Of a stretch of 64,000 bases of DNA, positions 50,201 to 63,519 are shown piece after piece (within the stretch, counting starts at the first letter, position 1; each line of letters opens with the position of its first letter). Position numbers and translations under genes: made by a program. Under the pieces are notes generated by a model. It made no database searches. It worked only from the letters and a program-made list of their open reading frames with translations, and was not told the origin of the DNA. This stretch comes from Vicugna vicugna (Eukaryota): assembly GCA_013265495.1 (NCBI GenBank), contig MU058257.1:62001-126000 (forward strand). Reading direction: 5' to 3'.

Positions 50201-53200
50201 GTGGCCGCTGCTACTACCAGAATCGTTCAGGAGAACCGCTTCTTCGTCAACTTGATATAACTGCAGCTGCATTCCCAAATACCTTTATTTGTATGTATTT
50301 GTATGTTATTTTCTTTGTTAAAATTAGGCTCATTGTACCCCTCTTCCCTGCAACCTTCTAATTCTTTGACTGGCATTAGCATGCATTCAGTCACCCAAGC
50401 GGGAAACCTTGGAGTTACCCTTAATTGATTCTCTTTAGCACCCCTATCCCCATCCCTGCATCCAGTGACTCACCAAGTCTGTTTGGTGAAACTTCTGCAC
50501 TCTCTCTCTCTCCATCTTCTCTCTCCATTCCTGTCCCCCAAATCCTGGTACAGACTGTCACAGCCATTCCTATAGTCTTTATCAATAACTGGCTAGCTGA
50601 TTTCCCCTCCCCACACCACTCTCACCATAGTTTTGCCAGATTTCTTTGTCTAAAGGGTAGATCTGATTATTTATCATTCTTATATTAAAGGAGATAATGA
50701 ATTTTAAATTACTCAGAGTAATAACCTAGCATCTCCAGTGCGACATTCTTCCTTAACCTGGCACGTAAGGAGGACCCGACTATACGTTTCAACTTCATCA
50801 CCTGCCCCTCCTCTTTATGAGTCATAAACTGCCAGCATGCAGACTGCCTCTCAGGAAGGATGGAAGGTGGTACAGCTGGTGGCATCAACTCAAACAACAG
50901 TGAGCTTCTGCCTGGGGCAGGAAGAGTGATGTTTGGGGGAGCCACCTTTCCCCGCCCCAAGGGAATGGGAGATGAGTAACTTTCATGCAGGGAGCTGGAG
51001 GGCCATCTGCTAGCTGGGGTTCCGGGGTCACACAGTTAAAAGACATGTAGGGGCAGCAGGCTGGGGAAAATCAGGACCCTTTTTCAGAATAACCAACCAA
51101 TAAAAAAGGGATTTGGGTAAAAGACATTGAGAGATTTGGCAGGGTGGGGTGGGAGTGTGGGGGGACTTTCAGTTTGTTCCAGATGATCTTTGTAGCTCTG
51201 GAGCCTAGGAGATGCTTGATAAGTGTGTCTTGAATAATTTATTTCTGGTGACTTTCACTCCATCCTATTATATTGTTTGTTTATAACCTTAGTGCCATCT
51301 GTAAGTTTACTGGACAGCATTCTGGTTTTGCTAAGACATGTCTTTCATTTACTTAAGAAAGGTGTATCGGGTGCCTACCATATATACATCAACACAAGTT
51401 AATTTTTAGGGCAGAGAGATGGTAACTGATCTTTGTGAGTCTTTGTGAAAAGAGGGCATCAGAGGTGACACCTCAGTACCCTGGGTTTGGGCATTACCGC
51501 CTTTTTTCTCTTACTAACCCAAACCCTGAATAATCCTGTTCTGCCTCGCACATCTTTCTCTCCGGGCCAAGTTAAAGGAGATCCTGCATGATGACTTCAG
51601 TGTTGCAGGACTCTGTAGGGATCGTATAAATTCTCATGTGAAGGAAAGTGGTTTCACAGAGTCGAAATTCAGCAAAGGGAAGAATCCAGCCTGCATTCTT
51701 TGTAGACCTTGTCCAAGGAGTACAGTTACTAAGCACTCGAAACGTTTTCATTTAAGGTTGTTTTACGTATAAGGCAGCCACGTGGCAGGGATCCGTGTTA
51801 GTAAGATTTCTTTTTCTTAAGATCCAGCCCCTTGGGGTTACTGCGAGCAAAGGTATAGTTCGTTTGGAAAAGGAGTCGGGGAAGTGCGCGGGTTTCCTCA
51901 CAGAATCATTGTCTTAGAGCCTCTTTTTCCTGCCACCAGGAGCCATTGACTCATTAGAACTGGACAGACAAATAGAGGTCAACTAATGCAAATGGTCAAA
52001 TCTCAATCTCTTAATACTTCCTGCCCCCCGCCACACACTTTTTTTTTTTTTTTGAATCAGAGAACTTAGGCTTCACTGTGACAGTCAGAATAAGCCCACT
52101 CTTTCTGACAAGGACACACGTGACCTTCAGAGGCATTCGGTGCCCGGTGAACATCCTAGTAACGAGAAAACCTGCAGCCCTCCTAGACAGCTCTGCATCT
52201 CCCTGGGCTTGTGCTGAGCAAGGTCAGGTTCAGCATTCATTTTACGGTTCAGGAAGCTGAAGTTGGAGCCTAGCAGGTGGCTTGCCTCGTATCAAGTAGC
52301 AAGTCAGTGCAGTTGGGAAGCGAGTCCAGATCCCGGGAGCCCTAGCCCCAGCCTGTCCGCAGACCCACCCCAGCGCCCACGGTCTGAGCCTCTGTGACCG
52401 GCACCCACTCCATCCCAGTGTATCCTGATTGCTCAGCCTCTTCTGTTGTCCCCACTTTTAGTCGTTAGGTCTCACCCCTGACCCTTCGCTCCATCTGTCC
52501 CAAATGTACGAGGGAACGCTTCCCCCATCTCTGCAGGGCCCATTGTTGCCCGTGTGTGGGATCTGGTTCCAGGACCTCTTCCCCTAGGTGGTACGGCCAG
52601 GGCTGCTCCCGACCTCTTTGGCTAAAGGAAGGATAATTCAGTGGCCCCAGAGACCACCCCTACACCTCCCCTGACCTCTGGGGATGCCCAGCCTGCCTCC
52701 TCTAAGAAGCTCCCCGATGTCTCCCTCCCCTTGACCCCTGCGGTTGTCTCTACTCGCTGTCCTTTCGGATGCCTTGAGTCAGATAGACGGCAAGTGCTCT
52801 CCCGAGTGAAGTCAGTCCACTCTGCTGTCCCTCACAGCCCCCTGGCTCTTGCTCCTTGGTCCCGGGTCCTGATCTGTTATCCTTGCTTGTTTCTAGTTTT
52901 GATTTTGAAAGAAATGTTTCTGAACGCCACAGGGGCGCCCACAGCCAAAATCCCCCTTTGTGCTTGCACCCCTTTCCTCGACTTAGGATCCTGGTCTTCC
53001 ACGTGGAAAAGTCTGCAGGATTCACATTGTAGGTGCAGTCTGGTCATTTGCAGACATGCAAGATCTAGGACCGTGGCGCTCGGGTCATGACAAAGCAGAT
53101 TTGCTTGTAGAAAGTTCCAGGATCCGCATGACTTTTTCCCCCACTGAAGACAGCACTTTATCATAGAATTCAATCTCCGGAGCAGAGGTGGAACCCGTGA

Positions 53201-54598
53201 GAAGAGAGTATCCCTTTCGTGTGACGTGTCAGGGTTCGCGTGGAGAGTAAGCTGGCACTGGCTCAAGAACGAGGCAGCAAGCCTGCCTCCGCCTGGCTCG
53301 GCTGCGCAGCTCTCTCCAGGGAGCCAGGACTGGGGGAGTGGCAGCCACCAACCAGTGCCAGCTGAGATCAGTGTGCTGCAGCCTTAGATGCATGTGCAAC
53401 TTCCCTGATCTGGAAGATCAAGGCTAAAAACCCTGCAGGAAAGGAGCTTCTCCTTTGCCCAGACTGTGCTGTGAAGCCAGCCGGGGAAGGGTATGTTTGG
53501 ATGCAGAAACTAACACCAGCCACAACGGCTTATAGATTTGTCTTTCAGAATTCCTCCGGGACCTCTTCCAGACACACCCTGTTCCCCAGACATTTTGAGA
53601 AAGTTGTAAATTTTGCTGGCTCCGCATTACTTAAGTTGTGCTTGGTCATTCATTCTCATAAACTCTGGAACATGATTTACGATTTGATGTTGTCTTTTTC
53701 ACAGGTGTTGGAAGTAAAGAGTTTTATTACAAATTAAAATATTTCTCCTCTCAACCATATGCCCACGCAGAGCAGTATTGTACATTTGGAAATTGTGTTA
53801 TTTCTGTGTTTGCTCATGTTAGATATTAAAGACAATATTTTTGTTGTCATTTTAAAAATTGAAGGTACTTGTTTCAAGACAGTATATAAAAGTTCCCTTA
53901 TATTCAGTGATGTATTCATATATTAATTGGCTGAATATCTACCTTGACCACGCAAAATCCTTACACTCATGGTGTGGTTACCAGTGCTACAGAGAAATCT
54001 GGCTAATAACGATGCTGAATATATTAAAACATAATTGTATTAAATGTGCTAGATTTATCTGCAAGAGCTGTGTTTTTCCTAAAAGATCCTTTCTGTGGGC
54101 CTTTTCCTTTTCTCTTAGTGAAATTTCAAACGTTTTTAGTTGAGTGACTGTATGAGTGTGTATACATGCCCTAGCGTTAGACTTTTATTTTAATACCCAG
54201 ATTAGAGGGGAAAAAAAATCTACTTTTCTTAATCTTTGTGAAGATACTGGCTGATGACAATTTAAGAAGATAGTATGTTTGAAATAGCTTCTTATAGACC
54301 TCAGCATCCTCCAATATTCTTGTTTATAGAAAATATTTTATATCTGCATAATTTTGAAGTCATCTTTAGGTGATATTTAAGTACCCCCCAGTGCAGTACA
54401 GATACCTTGGTTCAAAAACAAAATAATCCCCTGAGGGAAGAGGAATCTTAGAAGCTTGCATCTGGAATCAGTAATCATTTCCATTTCCAAAGAAGGGGTG
54501 GCAGTTTTGGGGGTTTTTTTGTTGTTTTTTTTTTTGGTAGTGGATTATTTTTTTCTCTCGCTAATTGACAGTGATATCTGTGGCCCTGTTTCCATTAG

Positions 54599-54898
54599 GA
54601 GATGAAAGCATGGAAATTAAAAAACAAATTACAGGAATGAGAAGATTACTGAATGACAGCACTGGGAGGACGTATCAGCGTGTGGGCAAGGAGGGGGAGA
54701 AGCTGAAAGAAGAACCCCAGGATTTGGGTTCAGTCTGGCCCCCGCGCCTGAACTCCGCCGAGGCCCCGCAGAGCCTCCACCCGCCTTCCCGTGGTGCCTG
54801 GAATGAGTTACCGCCCCAGAGCGGGCACTTCTCAGGGCAGTACGGCACCCGCTCTAGAACCTTCCAGAGCCAGCCCCACACCACAGGGAGCGCCAACG
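54599..54898 (+). CDS. BEND7: BEND7 coding exon 3 (GDESMEIKKQITGMRRLLND...QPHTTGSAN)
   Basis: Acceptor tccattag, donor G|GTACGG; 300 nt, phase 1-1; matches recalled BEND7; within ORF 54565..55020. Confidence 0.96.
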
Positions 54899-56990
54899 GT
54901 ACGGTCATCAGACGTGCGGAGGGCTTTCAGAGGCAGTGGTCTGGATGCATTTCATTTCTGAATAGTCAGTATGTTCCTTCAGTTCAATGTATTAAGCTCT
55001 CCCTTCATCACTTGACTTAGCTGAGTTGTATTAAAAGACATAAAGGAATAAAGGACAAAGTTGACAAGTATTAAAAAAAAAACAGGATTGAGAAGCAGCA
55101 AAGACTGGGGGTTCTCCATTAGATGTGATAGTTTCTTTGTAGAGATTTTAGCCCTTTAAGAAGCTAAAGCCATCATTTGCCAATATATGGGTATTATTGT
55201 TACAAAAGACTGAACGTTAGGGCAGAAAGAGCTTCCCTCTGTCATTAAAAGACAGCTTCCTGGTCATGCGGTGTATTATTAATACATCCCCTCGTACTAA
55301 TGCCTAGTCCTGCGCTTTCTTCATTATCTGAGGAGTCAGCGGGAGGACTGATAACTCAGCCCCCAAGTGGCACCTTCACTTTGGCCTCCCATTCAAGCTA
55401 CCGAACCAGATGATCCATATTTTATAACTGGCTTTACTCGGGTTGAAAATTATTCCTTTAAAGTAAAATTTCCTTAATTTAAATTCCTAATTTTAGGGTA
55501 AAAAATCAAACGGCAATTTTTTTTTTTCCAAAACGTAAGAAAAAACTCAATGACTTCTCCAGTCACATTAATTTTCCCTCCAGTGACATGGGATGTTACT
55601 TGTTCTAGAAATTAATGTACAGATGTGCAGATCTGTGGTTTTCACAAAGAGAACAAGAAGAAAGCAAGAATGCATCTTTGGTGTCCTTGAAAAGTTAAGG
55701 ATTTGTTTTTTCCCATTCACTGTCCTTCAAGAAAAAGAGAACTATTGTGATTTTATTTTTTTTAAACCAGAGTTTGCAGTAACCAGTTCAGAGGGATGAA
55801 GAGCCCTCCTGAGCCACTGCTGATGAGACAGGGAGGGACCCCAAGAGATGGCATGGTGTCTTCTCTTTCTTTTAATATTACATAAGCCAGTATCAGATTC
55901 AACGCTGGCGTGTGTCCAGGTTAGAAGGAGATGGCTCTTTAAAGGCTCCTCCATAAAAATAAAAAGGCAGTTCTCTTTAAAATTAGAAAATGATTTATAG
56001 CAAGCTGAAAAGGGTTGGTTTTGTCCTCTAAAAATGATGAAGATAGACCGAGAATAGTGACTAGGAATATTCTGTAAGGCCCTCCTAGCTCTCCTGCGGT
56101 GGAAGAAATAATGAGAGAAATAAAATGCCCTTAGGCCTGTCTGAAGTTAGTAAGCCCCACATCAGAAAGTGTTGGGTGAACAATGTTCTGTCTTCCAGGG
56201 CACAGCAAGCTTGGTGGATGTACTTTGGAAAATGTGATTAACGGTAAAAGTTGCAAGCCTAAATTCCTCCATATTCATTGAAAAATAGATCTGTTTGTGT
56301 TGATTGCTCACGTATTTTCAAAAGAGATGCATTATATTGAACCGTGACAACTTTGGTATCTGTCTCATTGGAATTATTTGCAGTTTTAAAGTTGTGACAT
56401 CTCAGTTTGCTGCAACTTTGAATGTAAATAATTGTGCTGCTCCAAACATTAAGTTATCTTTAAGTATTTCATGGTTTTGCTGTGTTCAGTCTTTTGATAG
56501 TGTCCACAAATAATGCACATTGCAGGATTTAAATTGTATTTAATGTGTAGTAAAAGATGCCATTGGACTAAAAGTGTAGAATTTAATACTTCTTCCATCT
56601 TTGAAAAACCTAGGTGATAGCAGTCTCCTTGTCCTGGTCCACTTTAAGGTAGTAGGGCTGGGCACCAAGGCTAGAGAGAGCTGCACTGAAAGAGTGATTT
56701 CCCATTGTCCCATTTTATTCCAAGGATGATAGGGAGATGTTTGTTTACACATAAGGGAAACAGAATAGGATAGTTTTATTATGGAAAAGATATATTAAAC
56801 AGTGAGAAAGAGACTAAAGTGAAATTGAAGAAATGGTAATGGGAAAAAGACGGAGGATCTCCTTTATTAAGCTGGAGAAAATCCAACACACCCGCGCCCT
56901 CCAACCTCTTAAGTTCAAGCGTATCCTCCCAGACCCCCCTGCCTCCTCTGCTTTTCCCCACCCAAGCACATCACATCCAGAGAGTGCTCT

Positions 56991-57105
56991 TTTTCTTTTT
57001 TTTGGTTGGAGGGTAATTAGGTTTATTTCTTAATGGAGGGACTGGGGATTGAACCCAGGACCTTATGCATGCTAAGCTCTACCACTGAGCTATACCCCAC
57101 CCCCA
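56991..57105 (-). mobile_element. tRNA-derived SINE (Vic-1-like) with TSD
   Basis: A and B boxes on the minus strand; flanked by agagagtgctct (56979-56990) / agagagtgttct (57106-57117). Confidence 0.88.
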
Positions 57106-57613
57106 AGAGAGTGTTCTGAAAGTTTAATATATTAACACTTCTTAATTTTTGGAATAACACAATTAATGCTAAAACTATTACTTTAATAATTAGACACATT
57201 TCATTCTTAATATGAACTCTCAGGACGTAAGCAGCTACGTTTTGAGGTTTTGGGGAGTTTTTTTGGCAAGGCTGTTCTCAGAGCTATTTTCTGTGCAGAG
57301 TAGCGTGAGTGTTTTTCGTGAATTGTGATGTATTGTTATCTGAGATGAACTGGCGGATGGAGGGAGGCCTGCCGTGATGGCGAAGCGTGTGCGTGCGGGA
57401 ACAGCACGGCCCTTACGACGGAGACCCCGGATAATTAGATCAAGTCAGCCCCAAAATTCAGGTTGTGAAAATTACTGGGTAGCTTTTCCTCGGGCACAGG
57501 TTTCACAATAACTGCACAGGCTTCAGAATCCCATCCAGACACCCTCCCCCTTGTTTTTCCCCTCTTAACTTCGCTGTTGCCTGGCGTCCGCCATTCTTTT
57601 CTTTCATGCTTAG

Positions 57614-57736
57614 GAGAGCTTCCAGCCATGAATCCGTCAGTGGGGCCGAGCTGCTGCACTTGTAACTGCCAGTCAACGTTGCAGGCCATTCTCCAGGAGC
57701 TCAAGACCATGCGCAAGTTAATGCAGATCCAGGCAG
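57614..57736 (+). CDS. BEND7: BEND7 coding exon 4 (GELPAMNPSVGPSCCTCNCQSTLQAILQELKTMRKLMQIQA)
   Basis: Acceptor catgcttag, donor G|GTACGG; 123 nt, phase 1-1; within ORF 57577..57978. Confidence 0.96.
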
Positions 57737-58414
57737 GTACGGAGGTCAGCCCTCTGGCTTTTCATGCTTGTGTGACGTGTTCACTTGGGCTGTTGGGCTT
57801 GGACCCCTCACTGCATCCCACCTGGCTGTCTCGCTGTGCTTTCTCAAGTGTCCATTTCTCAGCTTTTCCTGCCTCCCGTCTTCCCTTTAGCAAGTCAGAC
57901 ACATGTTTTGCCGCTGATACTGCTAAGTACTTTCGAGCACGTGCTCCATGTATTTCACCCCGATCTCCTGGTACTTAACAGTTAAACTCATGAAGCTAAT
58001 TAAATTCGGAGCGAGTGATACCCCAAGGTGGGCAGAGTTCTTCAGCTCATTTTCCTAATGTGAGTCAACACAGGGGTTCACATCAGGGAGCAAGGGGAGA
58101 ATGACTTCTCTTCCCTCCCGAGGTGCTGGGTTTGGGGGGCTGCGTGCATCTCAACACCCCCCGCCTCCTGCACAAGATCCCCCTGGGCTTTGTATGACGG
58201 CAGGGAAGCCCCACATATCTGGACGCACAGAGGATCCCTTTGGAAGCTTGAGCTCTGCTGGTGGAGATTCCAGAGCATCAGCTGATAAGAAACGCTCGTC
58301 TTGGGCTCTGCTTGTGGCTTTTCTCCCCAACATTCAAGACAGAGGAGTTCAGAGACACCTCATGTTTTGTCTTTTTATTTACATGATGCTTTTTTGGTTC
58401 TCACTCCTGTTAGA

Positions 58415-58625
58415 CAAGTTAAAGAGCAGTGAACTTTCAGTTTGGGGTCAGAGTCCCAGTTTCTCCTCTCCTAGCTTGTGTGACTTCTCTGAAACTCAGA
58501 TTTCTCACCTGTAACTGGAGTATTAATATCTAACTCACAGGGCTGTTTGGAAATAGAATGAGATAGTAGATGGAAATGAACTCTGTAAAGCATGATCCGA
58601 GCCTAAGCCCGTTTCATTACTGTTG
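58415..58625 (+). mobile_element. MIR SINE
   Basis: ctagcttgtgtgacttctctgaaactcagatttctcacctgtaactggag..taatatctaactcacagggctgtt. Confidence 0.75.
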
Positions 58626-59827
58626 TTGCAAAGACCTGGAGCATTCCATAGAGGTCTGGAAGTCTAGGTCCTTATTCCAGTGGCTCTGTGTTCTAGTCCC
58701 CACAGTTAGTGGGGGGAAAGATAGAACTTTTTTTTTGTCACAGGCACAGAAAATAATAAATCTTTTTTTTTTTCAGCCTTCCCACCCTTCAGGGAAGGCT
58801 GCTCCTTGAGCAGGAAAACAGCATAGTCGTATCTGACCGGCACCCGCCACCCCCGCCCCGCTGTAAAGGTGTTCAGAAAGGGCACCGTGCAGAAGTCGTG
58901 CTCAGTGCCATTTAGTGGATTCTAGTAAAATGTCAATATTCAGTGATGTGGTTTGATGTAAAAAAACTTAAAACACATCAGTCGCCCAAGATCACATGAA
59001 AGTAAAGTGGGCAAAGGGCTTTCTGAAAAGCAGCATCTAATTTTATGTGCCAGATTTGGTCTTATCCCAAGGGAAAAAAATAAATAAACATTTTGGTCAG
59101 ACTGGTAAGCGTTTAACTCACCTTGTTCCACCAGGATAATCTGTGTGCTTATTAACCTGGCAAAGGTTAACATCTCCTAAATGAGGAGCCCGGAAAGAAA
59201 GGTTACTTCATTATGTACAGATTCTTTCCTCAGAGGGAGAATTTGTTAGCACTTAAGAAAATATGCCTATGAAATGTAATGATCTGTTTTGTTACTTAAG
59301 CTCCTTACTACTGAAATGGCAAACTACAAATTGCAACCATTTAAATCCTTGACTGAAGCCGTTTTAGAATCTATTAAGTAAATGCCACCATGTCACCCTG
59401 TTTTCTTTTCTGGACCTTTGCAGATTAGGGCGGTAAATGACTCCAAAGCTGTAGGATAAACTGAATAAATTACTCTTCTTTAATTTTCTTAAACTTAAGA
59501 ATTTGTGTTGAGTGGGGAGATTTACCTAAGGTTTATTGCCTATAAATCGTAGGTTTGACTCCTGTTTAGAAAGTTTCATCTTGACTTTAGGGAGGAGGCA
59601 GGGAATAAGATCAAGCAATGAGATTTGGATGCAAGAGACGATGGCTCTGCCTGGACTTGCAGAAGGAGGGGGAAAACTCCGAAACCCCTGCGTTATTTAT
59701 GCTAAAACGTTTTCTCTTTTAATTTTGAAAAGTGAGGCTTGGAGAGGCTTGAGTCCTAGACCGTTGATAATTGCTTCCGTAGGATATCTGACTTCGGGGA
59801 CGGTGGCCTAGCCTCGGGTAGAACAGA

Positions 59828-60020
59828 GAAAAGTTCCAGTCTGGCTTGTAAGAATCACTCAAGGAGCTTTTGAAAAAAAAAAAATTCCCAGTGCCCAGTC
59901 ATCACCCTTGGAAATTCCAATTCAAATTAGTCTGGGGTGAGGCTGAGACACTGGCTTCTTTTTTTCTTATTTTTTAGCTCCAGGGTGATTCTAATGTGTA
60001 GCCAAGGTGGAGAACCAGGG
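59828..60020 (+). mobile_element. MER5A-like hAT MITE
   Basis: agaatcactcaaggagctttt...tagtctggggtgaggc...ggtgattctaatgtgtagccaaggtggagaacca. Confidence 0.75.
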
Positions 60021-61191
60021 AGCTAGGCTAATTCCTGCACAGGTGGTTAAAGAGCCTGGCAGTGCTCATTTGCAGCGCAAGGGGTTTGTTCCTAATATTT
60101 ATAAGTGTCTGTCCAGTCCGGAGAGACAGATATCAAGTTCAGAGTATCAATATTCTTTATTTGCAGCCTGACAGGCAGTGACCTGTACTCTGTGCACGTA
60201 AAGAGCTTGTATTTAGTGGTGTGTTTCTGTAGAAGAGCACCTGTGTCCTGCGGTCATGTTTAGTAAGCCGTATTAACATATGAAGCTTTAAGTAATAATG
60301 CCGTATTTTCCCATTAAACTTTCCATCAGAGGATTTTTAAATGGTTAACAAACATTCCTTCTCAAAGGGCATCTGTGAAAACTATAATTACCGGCCCTGA
60401 TTTCCTCAGGTGCACAGTCAGTATTAGCACTCAGTCCTTGATCGGTGCTCTTTGTCTTTGGAACTCACACCATTTCTGGATCTTACTGACTGGCTTCCCT
60501 TGTACAGAATTACAGTCTCCCTACTCTTCAGCTACAGAAGCCTGAGGTCTGGGGAAAACAGCCTGGTGGGCATCCCGCAGCGTGCGGAGCCGGTGGGTGT
60601 GCGGACGGTGGGGGTTTGCGCGGCAGCAGTCACTGGGCTGTAACTGACCGGCAGGCTCGGCCCTCGTGCTCACTGGCGCAGGCGTCCCCGTCATTCCCGA
60701 GTGAGTCTTTTGAGCCACCTTGCCCACATAATCGTCCTTGCGCCGTCTCTGTCAGCTTGGGCACCTGTAGGTTGCTGGTTACTGCTTAGTGTAACCTCAG
60801 GTGACAGCTGGAATATTCCTGCGGTTGCCAGGAAGCATGGATGCCTACACCTCGGTTTAAGTCCCAGAGTTCTCAGTCACTTAAAAATGTCATACGATGC
60901 GTAAAATCACGCTTCAGTGTTTTCTCGTAGCTCCTAACCCTTCCCTCCCGTTGACCCCAGTGGTGGCGGTGCAGTGTGAGTATTCGCCAGCCTGTGGAGC
61001 AGAGTTTTCTCTGCCTGTCGAGCTTTAAGGTGCTTGAGCTGGTATCTGGTAACCGGCAGGTCCAGCGCAAGGTTGATTTTGGTGTGCCTCACCGTTTCAG
61101 CCTCGTTTTTGGAGCAAGTAGACAGACAGGTGATACGTTTTCCTAAGTTAGACACAAGTGCCTGTACCGTATTTTTGTTTGTTGTTCACAG

Positions 61192-61457
61192 TTGGAACCC
61201 AAAACCGACAACAACCCCCACTTTCCCTTATCTGCTCCCAGCGAACTGCTGTCTCACGCAAGAGAAATAAAAAGAAAAAAGTGGCCCCCAAGACCGCTGA
61301 ACCTCTCACTGTGAAACAGAAGCCCGGTGTGTTAGAATCCGAGAAGAAGACGGCAGTGGCCGCCGAGAATCCCGGTCTCCCCGCAACCGAGCACACGCCC
61401 TCCGGGGAGAACCACATCCTAGGGTTCGGCATCATTGTCGAATCACCTTCCTCCGAT
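61192..61457 (+). CDS. BEND7: BEND7 coding exon 5 (VGTQNRQQPP...RKRNKKKK...ESPSSD); gene continues beyond the window
   Basis: Acceptor ttgttcacag, donor GTAAGT at 61458; 266 nt, phase 1-0; exons 1-5 total 834 nt = 278 codons with no stop. Confidence 0.96.
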
Positions 61458-63519
61458 GTAAGTCGATATTTTCTGGCTGCTTATGCTAATGTCGTGTAAT
61501 TGTCAAGAACTGTACAGGATTAATACACTTTGCCCTTAACTCGTTCTGCCCAGGAAAACCAGAGAAACTTGCAGAATACGTGTGGGAAAGAGGAAAGGAA
61601 AACTATTCCGAATTTCCTTGCCCGGAATTTCTCTTCTGAAAATCTTAGGCCTTATTTACTTAAACGTGTTTCCATGCTTTATCTCTGAAAAAAAGAAGGG
61701 TAATGGAGTAAATATTCTGCTCACTAATTTCGTTAACATTTTTAATTTTGAAGCGGCCGTTTTCAATTTCCTCTGTGTAAAGAGCTAAAAGAACATAATT
61801 AAATCCTTTGTAGATGGGCATAAATGAACACAACCCTACGGATAAGGTCACACCTTTCTAGAAACACAAACTAATAATAAAAAAGAAGCAGTGGTGCTAA
61901 TTCTGCTTTATAGATGCACGCTACACTGCTAATTCGGCTTCAGTGCCATGCCATTTAGTCTGTGTAATGATAGGTTAACACTCTGCAAAGGTTTTTCTAT
62001 TTTAATATCACAGCCAGAAGGTCGTCGCAGCCCAAGATGTTGGATGACACCTAAGACATCCATCTGACTTGCCATTTTATAGTCATGTGGCCATAAACTA
62101 ACTCCTTCAGTCATGTGCTGTATTTGCAACAGCACGCTCTACGTACAGTATCTTGATCTAAGTACACGGATGCTGTGAGTCCCGGCTTGTGGGGAGAGCT
62201 CCTAAAATAAACAAGAATGAGAGATCTATTATTACCAGATTGCATAGGATAAGAATCCTGCTGAGAACTCCGACAGGCCTATATAGGATGGGAGTTGGGC
62301 CCTACCTCTTAAACTTTAAATAAGAAATAAATTACTATTTTAAAAGAACATCGGTTGCCTTTCAAGTTGCTGAAGGACAATTTGCTAGCATGGGTCTTTA
62401 ATAAAGGGAGGCGACAGAAATAATCATCTTGTGACTTTGTTAGGCTAGAAAATCATTGGGACTTCTATCCAATCGTTGGTGTGAAGAGGTTTTTGTCTGT
62501 TTGTTTCATATCTATGAACACATGCACAATTGTTAAGAGGTTCTTCTAGATGGAAAACTTAGTTTTGAAAAATCACTAATGATGCTAGCAGGCTACCCTG
62601 GACCATCTGGCTCCTTTGACAATATCCTGTTGTTATCGCGACTAAGGCCCAGGTTTCAAAAGCCACGTCGATCACACATTTGGAAGCAGAGGTGAATGAT
62701 TCCACAGCACAAAGTGCATTTAGTCTGAAGCAGTTTACATAATACTTTTACCTTTTATCTTGAATTTTTTAGGCATAAATATATCAGGAACAGTCATTAG
62801 TGTTGTGAAAATCATCTCCTAAATGAGTCGATCTAATGCTAATAACTGAACTGTCTCCTTTTTAATATTTAAGCTCTAAACGCACTGCAGAGGTAAACTG
62901 AGAAAGATCTGATAAAGGCCTGATGTGCATTAGTGAAACAGAATAGAATTTTTCTTGTCTTTACCAATATTGGTATTGTAATTTATATACAAATTTTTTT
63001 TTTGCTTTTTATTCATAATGATTTTTGTTAACAGGAGCTATTAAATTTAATAAAGCACATTCAGAATTGTCCATGGAAACTCATTTAGGTGCTGATTATC
63101 TTTGAAGGATAACTTGCTTCTATAAAGAAAAGCAAAAACCATATAGAGATGCTGTCTTTACAGCTGAAAGGCTGTAGGCCGTTTGAGTCATCTATTCGAC
63201 AGGAACTGTAACTGCACTGGGGGACCATGCAGTCAGTCCCATCATTAGAAATTTTGGCCCCAGATAGTCTTGCTGGTATTAACAAGCCTGGCCTGTACAG
63301 TCCCAGGGTCGGGGGGACTGACTCCCTTAAGTGTGGGACCATCGGCGCTAAGGTGTGTAAACTTAGGTGCCCTTGTAGTCTTTTATTATTTCTTAGCCAT
63401 GAGCCTTTTAAACTTTGGTGGAAGTCCAGAGGAGAAAATAGAAAATATATAATAACCGTATAGAAACTATTCTATAAAATGGATTGGAGAAGATGTAATA
63501 TAATTGGATTATATATAAG

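Noticed and set aside
62360..62395. gttgctgaagga as a possible BEND7 exon 6 (QLAEG-like)
   Set aside because: Similarity covers only a few codons, with no continuing BEN-domain sequence; the next exon must be beyond the window.
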